Numbered from the stretch's first letter, positions 11,354 through 22,261 are shown. The stretch is DNA of 64,000 bases from a virus (IMGVR_UViG_3300044267_003893:22071-86070), one strand, 5' to 3'. Numbers and translations: made by a program. The notes: a model not told the origin generated them from the letters alone.

Positions 11354-14300
11354 TTATTGATCTTGTTGTTCTCCTGAATTTTGAGTTACATTTTCATCTC
11401 TCACGGCTTGATTAGTTATTTTTATTCTATTTAAATCTGATATTGTCCTTGCTATTGCCTCATCTATAGCTTTAGGATCAATTGTTTGAGTTACATATAC
11501 TCCAGGATCTTTTTCATATGCCCCACTTCCATTATTAGCATTTGGATTCCAATATACAGGTGTTACAGTTCTAACAATATCCCCAGTATCATTCATATAA
11601 AAAGTTGCATCTCCTCCACCGCTAATTGTAGGTATTACATATTCATGATTACTCATTATCATTCTTTCTGCTGCACTAGGTCTTTGATTAATTGCATGCT
11701 TACTATTTATTTGAGAATCTAATTCTTGATTAACTATTATACTTATATTTCCTGTTGCAAATAATTCTGTAGTCTCAAAAGGTTTATCTCCTTCTTCACC
11801 TGTAGGATTAAACTTTGCAAACTCATTCATCATCTCACGATTTATACTAAACCTATAAACTGATCCATGTTCTGTATTACCATCTGCATCTTCAAATGTT
11901 GTAGGACCTTCTTGTACCCAATCTAATTGAACAGGCCATTTATCTATCCAATCTTTTTTAGATGATATTGCAGGTATTAAATGTTCTCTTAAGAACTTTT
12001 CTGCAATTGGATCACTAATCATATCTTCTCCAAATGGTTTTTCTAAATAATCTCCTTGCACAATAGTAACTTGACTATCAGGAAGATTAATAGCAGCTAA
12101 CGCACCATTGAAATTATTTAATGCATCAGGACTAGGATTAGAATTTAATTGTGTTTGACTAATAGTTGAAGCAAACATTCCAACACCAAGCTCTTCATCT
12201 TGCCCATATAATTTATTATATACTGATAACGTTGGAAAACCTGTACCTGCTTTAGAATTTGGATTATTCCAAACAGAATTTAATTCATCTTGTGTTTTTT
12301 GATAAAATCCATTTTCTCCTAAAATCAATGTTTCAACAGCACCTTCATCAAGATACCATCCTTGTCTTCTATCAAATTTCCAAGCTGCAGATCTAAGAGT
12401 ATTATCACCAGTAAACATTGAACTAGTTTCCATAAAATCTGTATCTCCATCAGGTGCTATAGAATTTAAATAGTCCGCCATTACTTGTTTACCAGTTCTT
12501 ATTATATTACCATCATTATCATATTCAGCTGGTCCAGACAATTGTGATATTTGAGCATCAACTAATTCTCTTCTTGATCTCATTATTGTTGGACTACTCC
12601 ATACCGCATTATATAAATTATCACTATGTTCTAAGAATTTAGGTGCACCTGTATTAGGATCTATTGGTACAATTCCTGATTGTATAGCTCTTGGTAATAT
12701 TACTTCATCCCATATTAATTTATTATAGTTTGGACTATTAGGATCCATAACTCTATCTTCAGGTCCTGCACTTAAATAAGCATTAGAAACACCTATTGAT
12801 TCTAAAGCTGAAATACCACTTGTAGTTGCAATAGGTCTGAATATTTTTTGTTGTTGTGTAAATTCACTATCAGGTTCTGTTCCCATTTTATAATTTATAG
12901 CATTTATAATATCATTTCCATATTCACTTCTAAGACCTACAGTACTTCCTGGTAGACCATTTTCATTTGAATATACATTTGCTATAATATTATTAAAAGC
13001 TAATTCTTCATCAGTTGTATATGAAGCATTTGGATTAAAATCATTTAAATAAGCATTACCTGTACCTGTTTTCTTTTCTTCAAGATCAGTATATATCCTT
13101 TCTAGAATATCATAGTTATCAGGATTATTAAGATATGATCTTGCTTCTGGATAAGAAAGATATCCTCCTTCTCCATCATTTAATTCTGATATCCACATTT
13201 GTCCTTGTGGATATGATTTTCCAACTTCAGAATTGGCTAAATATGCTTTCCAAGCTTCAGCAGTTGTACCATCTGATACCTTTGTTAAATTAAATATAAA
13301 ATCAAGTTTACCATCTATAACTTCTTTATATGTTTGATTAATAGCATTTGATGTCATATCAAATATATCAGCATCTCCTTCTTCCCCTGTTACATAACTT
13401 GAAGTTCTTACAGAGTTCATATCAACAATACTTTGATAAGCATTAGGTGCATACTTCATTGAAAGCTCTCTTTCTTTTTGTTCTAATGTTGCATAATCCA
13501 CTGCTTGTTGATGATTAAATTTTGCCCAGTTTAATCTAGTTGGATCAGGAGTAATATCCTTTTCCATAGTTTTATTGGCATATGCATTTGCTGCTGCTTC
13601 AAATCTTCCTTTCATTACATTTGCTATATATGCTGATGAAGCTTTTTGTTGTAATATTTTTTGATTATCTGTAGGAGCTGCTATATTAACTAATCTATCA
13701 TTTATTTTCTTTTTAGTTTGTAAAGCAAGAGAAACTTCATATTGTTTTCTCATAAGCTCTTCATCTTCAGATGATCCTGTAGGGATACCATGTGTTTTTT
13801 TATACTCTTCCCAATTTGCTAAGGATGCTTGATCTCCTTTAATACTTGTATCTAGTTCAGCTAGTTTTCTTAAATCCTCATCACCTTGTTTTTCTAAAAT
13901 TTCTCTATCCCAAGCTGTACCTGCTGCAAGTTTATCACCATTAAAATTATTTAAGTTCTCATCAACATATCTTCTTCTGGCAACTTTTTGTGCAACTCTC
14001 ATACCATTAATTATTCTAGGATCATCTCCTAAAGCATTAATTACATAATCCATTGCTATATTTTGTGTTCCCTCTTTCCATTCTCCATTTTCATCTTGAT
14101 ATTTTATTTTTTTATCAGTTAACGCAGGACCATTTTTTATTTTAATAATATAGTCATCTGTCATTTGAAAATCTTTTACATCAAAATTAGCTTCTTCTAA
14201 AATTCCCATTGCTGTATTAAATATATCAGGATTTCTAACATATTTTAACCTGTTATTATCAAACTTCATTAGATCATTATAATCTTGATTTATAAAATCA

Positions 14301-14749
14301 GACATAGAATAATTAATCCATTCTTCTCCTTCAATCCAATATTCTTTAGCAACATCTGCATTAGCTGCATTCTTTAACATATTAACATCTTTCATACTGT
14401 TTTTATATGTTTTAGTTGCAAGCATATCTTTAACTATTCTATCATCCTTATAAAAAGGACTAAATAAAGCTTTTGCAGTTGTAACATTTTGCGCTAAAGA
14501 AAGATCCATACCTGCAACTTGCTTTAATGAATTACTTAAAGCATTAGCATATTGATCTCTTTTTTGTTTATTTTTTTGATGAGATAAAGGTGCATAGACA
14601 ACTTCACCATAAAGTTTGTTTATTTCTTTAAAGTTGCTATCATATCTATCTTGCCTAGTAGACAAGACATCTTGTAAAAATTTATAATCAGGAGTAAATA
14701 CTTCTGTTTGTGGTATGAAAGGTTGTACTCCAGGTAAATAAGTTGCCAT
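11354..14749 (-). CDS. Internal virion (cargo/ejection) protein, 1131 aa
   Basis: Long ORF directly upstream of the giant RNAP-like gene with a helical N-terminus. Function is inferred from crAss-like synteny only. Confidence 0.6.
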   Translation of the reverse strand: MATYLPGVQPFIPQTEVFTPDYKFLQDVLSTRQDRYDSNFKEINKLYGEVVYAPLSHQKNKQKRDQYANALSNSLKQVAGMDLSLAQNVTTAKALFSPFYKDDRIVKDMLATKTYKNSMKDVNMLKNAANADVAKEYWIEGEEWINYSMSDFINQDYNDLMKFDNNRLKYVRNPDIFNTAMGILEEANFDVKDFQMTDDYIIKIKNGPALTDKKIKYQDENGEWKEGTQNIAMDYVINALGDDPRIINGMRVAQKVARRRYVDENLNNFNGDKLAAGTAWDREILEKQGDEDLRKLAELDTSIKGDQASLANWEEYKKTHGIPTGSSEDEELMRKQYEVSLALQTKKKINDRLVNIAAPTDNQKILQQKASSAYIANVMKGRFEAAANAYANKTMEKDITPDPTRLNWAKFNHQQAVDYATLEQKERELSMKYAPNAYQSIVDMNSVRTSSYVTGEEGDADIFDMTSNAINQTYKEVIDGKLDFIFNLTKVSDGTTAEAWKAYLANSEVGKSYPQGQMWISELNDGEGGYLSYPEARSYLNNPDNYDILERIYTDLEEKKTGTGNAYLNDFNPNASYTTDEELAFNNIIANVYSNENGLPGSTVGLRSEYGNDIINAINYKMGTEPDSEFTQQQKIFRPIATTSGISALESIGVSNAYLSAGPEDRVMDPNSPNYNKLIWDEVILPRAIQSGIVPIDPNTGAPKFLEHSDNLYNAVWSSPTIMRSRRELVDAQISQLSGPAEYDNDGNIIRTGKQVMADYLNSIAPDGDTDFMETSSMFTGDNTLRSAAWKFDRRQGWYLDEGAVETLILGENGFYQKTQDELNSVWNNPNSKAGTGFPTLSVYNKLYGQDEELGVGMFASTISQTQLNSNPSPDALNNFNGALAAINLPDSQVTIVQGDYLEKPFGEDMISDPIAEKFLREHLIPAISSKKDWIDKWPVQLDWVQEGPTTFEDADGNTEHGSVYRFSINREMMNEFAKFNPTGEEGDKPFETTELFATGNISIIVNQELDSQINSKHAINQRPSAAERMIMSNHEYVIPTISGGGDATFYMNDTGDIVRTVTPVYWNPNANNGSGAYEKDPGVYVTQTIDPKAIDEAIARTISDLNRIKITNQAVRDENVTQNSGEQQDQ

Positions 14750-14813
14750 ATATCAAAAATACTAAAATTTTTTAAGTTTTAAAATTATTTAGAATACACT
14801 TTTTAAGTGTAGA

Positions 14814-17321
14814 CTATTCAATTGTTTTTAATCTTCTTTGTCTTCTCTTAATCCCAAATGGAGCTATTGGCACACTTCCTCCCATATTCATATATGGATT
14901 TTGTTGTTGTTGTTGCATCATTAAATATTGCATCATTTGTGGATTTTGATAAGGATTCATATTGCTATCAGCATCATAAAAACCTCTATTATAAGGATTT
15001 ATAACAACATCTGCTCCAGGAGTTTCTGGTGTTTTGCTATCCAATCCTGTATTAATTAAATCAGAAAGCATAGTATCTGCAGCATCTGTACTTATAATTC
15101 CATCAGCTCTTAATTGTTTTATTCTACCTAACTTAGTTTCGTATGCTCCTTTATCATAACTTTCTGTTGGATAAAATTTATTATAATCTATAATATCAAC
15201 CATACCAGCTTTTCCAGGATCAATATCAAAATGTGGATATAATGTATTTAAATTATAAGTTTTTGCTCTATTAGTTTCTCTATTTACAATTTGTCTTCTA
15301 ATAGAATCATTAGCCTGTCTCATTGCATTATCATAATTTTCTTCTGTTAAATTTACTTTATCAGCATAATCAGACATTGCTCTTTTATTTGCTTCTTCAA
15401 ATTGATTTAATATTTGTGCATTTCTAGTTTGAGCATCTCCATATAGTTGTATGTTTTTATTATCTGTTTCTGCTTGCACATTAGCCATTTGACCCATAGC
15501 TTCTCCTTGAGCTTTAGCTACAACAGCAGCAGCTCTTTTAGGTCCAGCAAAAGCTCTAGCAGTATCTCCAGCTTGAGCAGCTAATTCTGCTATTTTAGCA
15601 TATTGTCTTTTTGGATCTACATACATAGGGTCAACTAATGTAGGTTCAAATTGTGTTAATGTAGGATAACGTTTTTTAATTCCAAATTTATCTAATACAG
15701 CAGCTGATAAATTTATATTATCTTGTTTCCAATAATCAGGAACTTTGGCTTCATATTTTTTATCAACTGGTAAATTATATTTAGGAAGTTCTTCTTCTGC
15801 TTCAGGTGTATACTTTGAAGTCATATATGTATTAATAAAATTATCTCCAGCTAAACCATCTACATTAGATAATGTTCCTTCAGCTCCTGTATTGTCATCT
15901 TGCTGTGGTCCTGTCATATTCATATTAAGACCAATATTTTTAAAGCCTTCTTCATACATAGGCATTCTTCCCATACTATTTAAAGCAACATGAGCATTTT
16001 GCACCTTTTCAATTTCATCATTATTTAAACCAGATCCATCAAAATCAGTTTCGTTTTTTAATCTATCAATTGCTTGATTATATTTATCATTACTTCCATC
16101 CCAATCTCCACTTTGAAAATAATCTTCTTCAAATGTATTGTGCATTAAATTTTTTATCTTATTATCTTTAACAAGTAAATTATCTATTTCTTTCTTTTGC
16201 TCTGAACTTAATTCCTCTTCACCTATTTGCTGTGCATAGTGTGAATAAAAAGCTTCTCTTAATTCTTTATTTCTATCATCATTCCAATTAGTTCCAAAAT
16301 CAGTTATTGAAGGATTTTCTGTTTCTGTTCCTTCATCTGCTCTTGGTATAAATGTAGAAAGATCTCCACCAAATCTCATTATTGGTGCTGCTGCAGGTTG
16401 AGCCATAGCTTGTGGTGGAGGCATCATTTGTTGAGGTGGTGGTCCTTGTGGGGGCATCATAGATTGTTGAGGAGCAGCACCTACAGGGGGACCAGGTGGC
16501 ATCATCTCTTGTTGAGGTGGTGCTTGATTTGTTTCTGGACCTCCTATAAAACTTTGAAGAATTTTAAATTTTTCTTGATCAGTAGGTTCCATTTCTAAAC
16601 TTTGCATTGCCATGCTTTCTTTTTTATTTAATTGATCTATTGTCTTTGCATATTTAGTGGGATCAATTCCTTTTTCTCTAAGATATGGATAAGCTGCAAC
16701 AGGTACACCCTCTTCAAATCCTTTCTTTGCTTCTTGTATAAAAGCTAAATGAGATAATTTTTTTTTATTTTTATCTAACATATATTCTGCAGTATCATTT
16801 GCAATATGATCTGATTGAGGATCATTAAGTATTTCAGAATATTTATTTAATGGAAATTTTTTTGAAACCCATGCTGGAGTTTTTTTCTTATTTTCATGAA
16901 CATTCATTTCTGCCATTTCATCCTTACTAAGTTTCATAACTCTTGTATCAGAATAAATAAATGATTGATCAGGTAGATCTAAAGGTGTTCCACCTTCATG
17001 ATGTCTTTTACCACCTATAGTATATAATTCAAATGAACCATCAAAATTTAAATCTGTTAAAACTGTTTCTCCTTTTTCAGCTTCAATATTAGATTCTTCT
17101 CTTTTATCAGGTCCTAAAGTATTTTGAACTTTACCAGCTGATGGAAAAAATGGAATTTCATTATCACCTTCTCCTCCATTCATAAATTGAGGAAATGTAA
17201 CTAATCCAAATTTATATTGATCTCCTGTAGTAAATCCACCTTCTTTTACAGACTTAATAATTTTTCCATTTGATACTTTATATCCTTTTGGTAATTTATT
17301 TATTTTTACTTTTTTTTTCAT
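14814..17321 (-). CDS. Internal virion (cargo) protein, 835 aa
   Basis: N-terminal IEAEKGET...GGKRHHEGGTPL segment recalled from crAss-like structural proteins, repeated xxGG motifs, P/Q/M-rich linker, synteny. Confidence 0.6.
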   Translation of the reverse strand: MKKKVKINKLPKGYKVSNGKIIKSVKEGGFTTGDQYKFGLVTFPQFMNGGEGDNEIPFFPSAGKVQNTLGPDKREESNIEAEKGETVLTDLNFDGSFELYTIGGKRHHEGGTPLDLPDQSFIYSDTRVMKLSKDEMAEMNVHENKKKTPAWVSKKFPLNKYSEILNDPQSDHIANDTAEYMLDKNKKKLSHLAFIQEAKKGFEEGVPVAAYPYLREKGIDPTKYAKTIDQLNKKESMAMQSLEMEPTDQEKFKILQSFIGGPETNQAPPQQEMMPPGPPVGAAPQQSMMPPQGPPPQQMMPPPQAMAQPAAAPIMRFGGDLSTFIPRADEGTETENPSITDFGTNWNDDRNKELREAFYSHYAQQIGEEELSSEQKKEIDNLLVKDNKIKNLMHNTFEEDYFQSGDWDGSNDKYNQAIDRLKNETDFDGSGLNNDEIEKVQNAHVALNSMGRMPMYEEGFKNIGLNMNMTGPQQDDNTGAEGTLSNVDGLAGDNFINTYMTSKYTPEAEEELPKYNLPVDKKYEAKVPDYWKQDNINLSAAVLDKFGIKKRYPTLTQFEPTLVDPMYVDPKRQYAKIAELAAQAGDTARAFAGPKRAAAVVAKAQGEAMGQMANVQAETDNKNIQLYGDAQTRNAQILNQFEEANKRAMSDYADKVNLTEENYDNAMRQANDSIRRQIVNRETNRAKTYNLNTLYPHFDIDPGKAGMVDIIDYNKFYPTESYDKGAYETKLGRIKQLRADGIISTDAADTMLSDLINTGLDSKTPETPGADVVINPYNRGFYDADSNMNPYQNPQMMQYLMMQQQQQNPYMNMGGSVPIAPFGIKRRQRRLKTIE

Positions 17322-20251
17322 TATAGATATTCTATTTCTGCTCCAAGAGCCATTAATCTTTCTATTTCATCTTCTTCTAATTCTATTGTTGTATCAACAT
17401 CATCATAGTCTCTCATTCTTAATTGTTCTGTTCTACCACCTTCATCAAAATTATACTTAACACTTAAACCAAAACTAGGATTTGTAGAAGGTGCAGGAAA
17501 ATATTGATTTAATACTTCTTGTGGTACATCATCACTTACAAATCTTTGATCTTCAAAACCAATTCTTGGTGTTAAAGAAATATTAGAATCTCCTATAGGA
17601 AAGTTTCTACTAAGACTCATCCCCTTCATTTTCATATCTACATAAGGATCTATAGCTTGTTCATTCATAAACATTCCTAAATTATATTTAGGTCCCGTAT
17701 ATGAAGCATATTGAGGTAAATTAAGATCTATCATTTCTGTTCCATGTGATCCTTGTCTAGCTCTTACACGTTTATCTTGAAATTGATAACCTGTATTAAT
17801 ATCAGTATCACCTCTACTACTTCTACTATCAGTTTGAAATTGATTTTGAGCTAATCCTCTAGCAACCATATCTGGTTTATCTGCTGCTTCACTGATTTGA
17901 TTAAATAATCCCATACCTTGCATAACTGCTTCATAAGCTTTTTCAAAACCTCTACCATCTCCTTTTTCTTTTTCTTCTCTTACTTCATCTACTTCTGTTA
18001 CTTGATTTTCACAAGCTTCTTGACATTTAACCGTATCTGATGCAGGTATATTTGCATCACAAGAACATAGTTCAGAATCTTCTGATATATCTTCTGTCAT
18101 TGTAGTTTGTGGAATATAATTACCATCTTCATCTAATCTATATGCTGGTGATCCTCCTTCAGCCATTTGTTGTTGATTATAATAATCATCCATTTTAGCA
18201 TAAATAAGATCTGCATCTTTATTTAATTGACTATAAGCAGCAGGATCAATATCATCTATATTTAATCCTCCAGCTACTGCAGAAGCTCCCATAGCATAAG
18301 GTGCTCCCTTTTTTATTTGTGACCAGCTAGGCATTAAACTAGGTATTTTATCTACATATGGTGTTAGCTTTGTTGCACTAGGTGCTACTTTAGATACAAG
18401 TGGTATTGCTTTTTGTGCTGCACCTTTAACTAAACCTGCTCCAACATATGTCATTGGATCAGTAGCTAAATCTACTGCAAGTTTTGGTAACCAATGAGAG
18501 TTTTCCATTCCTATAACATCAGATACATATTTAGCATCACCTTGAAGAGTATCAAACTCAAAATCTCCACTCATTCTAGGCACAACACCCTTCCAATTAA
18601 ACTCACCATCTCCTGTTCCTGCTAGTCCTTCTATACCTTCAACAATAAGATTTTTAGGTATACTTATTACATCTAATGCATGAGAGATAGGAGCTAAGAA
18701 AGTATCATAAGCCAGATCTCCAAGAAATCCCCAAGAGTTAGGACCTTCTCCCCATCCATAATTTACCTTTTGTTTACTCTCTGGTTCTTGTTGTACTTCA
18801 TAAAGTTTTAATGCTTCTTCTGGTGTTATTCCACTTTCCGCAGCAAAAGCATCTATTGAAGCTTGAAAATCTAATTCTTCTTGAGTCATTGCTGGTCCAT
18901 ATAAACCTATTTCACTAATTGGTGCTGGACCAGTATAACCAACAGAACCAGGATCTCCTGGTTTTATACCAAGCTCACGTTCACGTTCAGCCATTTTCAT
19001 TTTTGCATCAGCTATTTTATTTACATCTGAACTTGGTGCAGGACGTTGTGATAAATCTGGATGTGTATAATATGATAATAACTCATCCTCTGTTACACCA
19101 AGTTTATTTCTTACGTACTTCTTTTCAAAACCACTAAGTGAATCATACTTTCTTTCTCCTTCTGGTTTATATCTTTCATCCCAAACTTCTTGAGAAGATA
19201 CTCCAAGTAAGTCTTGAAGTTGTTTATGTTTAGCATATTCATCAGCTGATCTATAATCCCATTGACCATATTGATCATGTAAACGTTTCTGTCTTTTAGC
19301 TTCAGTTACATAATCTTCAAGGTTCATGTCTTTATACATATCACCACGTTTTTCATATACACTTTGCCAATCAATTTCCTTACCTTCTGGAGCTTGGCTT
19401 ATTGTATTTATAGGTTTAGGTACATCCATTTGACTTGCTGGTGTAGGGAGAGGTTTCTCTATTTCAAAACCAATTTGTGCAGGTGAGTATGAAAACTTTC
19501 TACTAGTACCTTCACGATCTTTAGTTTCAATATTTCCTTCTTTATCACTAATCAAACTTCCAGAAAGAGTATTGTCATCTTTATTGAATCCTATATATGC
19601 TGCACCTGGATTTTCATCACTAAATATATCTCCTTCAAGTTTATCTCCAGCATATGTTATTTCTCTTGTAGTAGGATCAAATCCTGTTACTTTTTGAAAT
19701 TTTTCTGGATTAGCTTCATGTCTTGCATTAAGATTTGCTATTACATGATCACTTTTTATTTTATTCCAATAGTCTTCATATTCATCTTTATTCATTAACT
19801 TTGTTGGATTGAATTTATCATAATACATTGTTTCATCACTTGTATTATGTAATGTCCACTCTTTCTTTCTTAAAGGATTTTTTTTAGGATCAAATTCTTC
19901 TCTATAAGTACCGTCTTCATTAAACAAATAATCTTGTTGTTTATCAAATAGTCTATTAGTTTTATTTCTATCTCTTTCTATTTTAGATGTTGTAAATTCA
20001 CCTTCTGCATATGGATCAAATTCTTCTCCATCAAGTTCTAAATCATAACCTTCTGTACCAGAAGTATAACGTTGAACTAAATGAGGATTATTAAGAAAAT
20101 TAACACTAGTATCATCTATTAAATCAAGTGGATCTTGATATTGATTTAAATCTACACCTTGATTAGCTTTAACTAAACCTCCAAGGTTTAAGTAATCTAA
20201 ATAATTATAAAAATCTATAGGATTAATATATTGACTTGGATAATTACTCAT
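17321..20251 (-). CDS. Internal virion (cargo) protein, 976 aa
   Basis: LNLGG, MAEGG and FDEGG motifs; Gly/Ala-rich hydrophobic stretch (PMTYVGAGLVKGAAQKA...AMGASAVAGG); 1-nt overlap with the next gene; synteny. Confidence 0.55.
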   Translation of the reverse strand: MSNYPSQYINPIDFYNYLDYLNLGGLVKANQGVDLNQYQDPLDLIDDTSVNFLNNPHLVQRYTSGTEGYDLELDGEEFDPYAEGEFTTSKIERDRNKTNRLFDKQQDYLFNEDGTYREEFDPKKNPLRKKEWTLHNTSDETMYYDKFNPTKLMNKDEYEDYWNKIKSDHVIANLNARHEANPEKFQKVTGFDPTTREITYAGDKLEGDIFSDENPGAAYIGFNKDDNTLSGSLISDKEGNIETKDREGTSRKFSYSPAQIGFEIEKPLPTPASQMDVPKPINTISQAPEGKEIDWQSVYEKRGDMYKDMNLEDYVTEAKRQKRLHDQYGQWDYRSADEYAKHKQLQDLLGVSSQEVWDERYKPEGERKYDSLSGFEKKYVRNKLGVTEDELLSYYTHPDLSQRPAPSSDVNKIADAKMKMAERERELGIKPGDPGSVGYTGPAPISEIGLYGPAMTQEELDFQASIDAFAAESGITPEEALKLYEVQQEPESKQKVNYGWGEGPNSWGFLGDLAYDTFLAPISHALDVISIPKNLIVEGIEGLAGTGDGEFNWKGVVPRMSGDFEFDTLQGDAKYVSDVIGMENSHWLPKLAVDLATDPMTYVGAGLVKGAAQKAIPLVSKVAPSATKLTPYVDKIPSLMPSWSQIKKGAPYAMGASAVAGGLNIDDIDPAAYSQLNKDADLIYAKMDDYYNQQQMAEGGSPAYRLDEDGNYIPQTTMTEDISEDSELCSCDANIPASDTVKCQEACENQVTEVDEVREEKEKGDGRGFEKAYEAVMQGMGLFNQISEAADKPDMVARGLAQNQFQTDSRSSRGDTDINTGYQFQDKRVRARQGSHGTEMIDLNLPQYASYTGPKYNLGMFMNEQAIDPYVDMKMKGMSLSRNFPIGDSNISLTPRIGFEDQRFVSDDVPQEVLNQYFPAPSTNPSFGLSVKYNFDEGGRTEQLRMRDYDDVDTTIELEEDEIERLMALGAEIEYL

Positions 20252-20282
20252 ATTTTTTATTTTTTATAAACTATTCTATATT

Positions 20283-20295
20283 ATAATATACTAAA
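20283..20295 (-). promoter_or_regulatory. Late promoter-like motif TTTAGTATATTAT
   Basis: Upstream of the cargo gene cluster (start at 20251). Confidence 0.55.
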
Positions 20296-20316
20296 TATTA
20301 AGGAGATAATCTAATT

Positions 20317-22251
20317 TTATAGTTTTGAAGTATAGCTATCATCTCTTCCTATTACTTTACCATCTCCATCAAAATCATATTTATTTAAATATTGTGATCT
20401 ATCTAATACATTCTCATCTGATTGATCTTTTGGTCTTTCAAATATTCTCATAAATGCACCAGTTGCATAAGTTGGATTTTTATAATCATTTTTTAAATAT
20501 TTTTCCATACTACGTTCTGTCATAGCATAATCAATTTGACCTTGCCAATTTGTTTTCCAATCTTCTCCTACAAAGTTTTTCATTTTTTCTAATCTAGATT
20601 TATGGTGTTGAAATAATCCTCCAGATGTACCGCTATCTCCCATTACACCTGGTCTAAATCCAGATTCATGTTCTATATTAGCAACTATACCTACTACTTG
20701 ATTTTCAGTTAAATTAGGATTTTTATATTTAATATATTCATATACATCATTTGCTGTAGGTTTAGATTTATTTTTAATATATTTTTTATCTGCTTGAATC
20801 ATACCTAATTTAACAAATTCATGTTTCATTGTGTTAGATATAGTATCACCAGCTAAATATCTTTTATATTCATTTTTTAATCTATTTTGTTTTTTATGGA
20901 ACTTACCTTCTAGATCTCCATTAAATTCCATCTTTTCTATTTCTTCTTTTGAATATTTATTTAAAAACTTATTAGCTATATTAGGTGGTAATGTATTTAA
21001 AATATAATGCTCAAAACTTTTTGATTCATCATATTTTTCATTAACCTCTCTAAACTGCTTCATAAATTCATATGGAGTTTTACTTTTAGATTCAAGATCT
21101 TCTCCATATAAATCAGGAAACATTTCACCTAAAGATGATCCATCTCTATATGTACCTTCTATAAATTTTTTTGTATTAGGTTCTCCCATAAAATTAATTA
21201 ATCCAGCTATTTCTGTTTGAGTATACGGAATATTTAAATTTCTATATTCATTCTGTATTTCTTTAGCTGCTTTCTCCATACTTCTTGAATTTTCATTTAA
21301 CACTCCATTAATCTTATTGTCAAATATTTCATTTTGTTTTTCTATATCATTCTTATATTCATCTAAAGTACCGCCATATATACCAGCATCTTTTAATACA
21401 GAATAATCTTGACCATATAAACCAGAAGAAAAATCATTATATTTTTCTGTATTAATTATACCAGCTTTTAATAAATTTTTATCTACTCCAGGATACCATA
21501 TATTTTCAAATTCTTCTCCAAAACCTTCTGCTAACTTATCATTTTCATGTGTTATATTTTGCCTATTAGGAATAGTATCATTATAAAAAGTACTGTCTTC
21601 TCCTATATTATAAACAAACCCATGACCATGAGGGTCTTCTACTTTATCTGGCTCTATTGAAGCTAATATATTTTTATATTCTTGAGTATCTTGATAACCA
21701 TTATCTTTATAAGTTTTCCACTTATTCCCATATGAAACAGAATTAAAACCACCAGCACCTTTAACAGAACCTTTACGTCCATCATAAAATTTATATGTTC
21801 TATTTAAGTCTACATTTTCATGGCCTGGATTATAAAAATCTATATGAAAATGAGCAGCACCTGGTCTTCCTCTTTCATCTAATATTCTCATATTATGTTT
21901 TTTTAAAAACTCTTTTCCGTGTGGAGTTAAAGTATGTATATGGTCATGAGCATTAAATTTTTTTGTTCCTTGATTTGGTGCAATTTCATAATCTTCAAAA
22001 AAGAAATCTAATAAAGCCCTATGCTCATTACTTGTAGAACTTATGTCTAAAGCACTTGCATGTGCGTGACTTGATGCCTTTTTATGCTTTGTTCTATATG
22101 CACTATTTAAACGAAATAAATAATCTTCTGTTTCTCCTATTTGACCCATAAGATCATAAAGAGCAACCATAGCATGTTCGTCTAGTTGTGTTTTCTGAGG
22201 ATTACTTCCTATTTCATATCCTTTATCACCATACATTTGTTTTGACTCCAT
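20317..22251 (-). CDS. Virion-associated multi-domain peptidoglycan hydrolase: N-terminal M15/LAS-type Zn peptidase plus C-terminal phage tail lysozyme
   Basis: SAYR...SHAHASALD (H-x6-D) and HFH give the LAS Zn ligands. The C-terminal GIVANIEHESGF...GGLFQHH...QIDYAMTE...FERP is a Phage_lysozyme2-like pattern. Confidence 0.8.
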   Translation of the reverse strand: MESKQMYGDKGYEIGSNPQKTQLDEHAMVALYDLMGQIGETEDYLFRLNSAYRTKHKKASSHAHASALDISSTSNEHRALLDFFFEDYEIAPNQGTKKFNAHDHIHTLTPHGKEFLKKHNMRILDERGRPGAAHFHIDFYNPGHENVDLNRTYKFYDGRKGSVKGAGGFNSVSYGNKWKTYKDNGYQDTQEYKNILASIEPDKVEDPHGHGFVYNIGEDSTFYNDTIPNRQNITHENDKLAEGFGEEFENIWYPGVDKNLLKAGIINTEKYNDFSSGLYGQDYSVLKDAGIYGGTLDEYKNDIEKQNEIFDNKINGVLNENSRSMEKAAKEIQNEYRNLNIPYTQTEIAGLINFMGEPNTKKFIEGTYRDGSSLGEMFPDLYGEDLESKSKTPYEFMKQFREVNEKYDESKSFEHYILNTLPPNIANKFLNKYSKEEIEKMEFNGDLEGKFHKKQNRLKNEYKRYLAGDTISNTMKHEFVKLGMIQADKKYIKNKSKPTANDVYEYIKYKNPNLTENQVVGIVANIEHESGFRPGVMGDSGTSGGLFQHHKSRLEKMKNFVGEDWKTNWQGQIDYAMTERSMEKYLKNDYKNPTYATGAFMRIFERPKDQSDENVLDRSQYLNKYDFDGDGKVIGRDDSYTSKL

Positions 22252-22261
22252 AAATATAATT

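Noticed and set aside
14786-14802. TACACTT-aaa-AAGTGTA hairpin as a terminator
   Set aside because: The stem is AT-rich and weak with no clear U-tract; insufficient support.
20362-20376. DFDGD resembling the RNA polymerase catalytic motif
   Set aside because: It lies in the C-terminal tail of the lysozyme protein with no DPBB context; coincidental or EF-hand-like.
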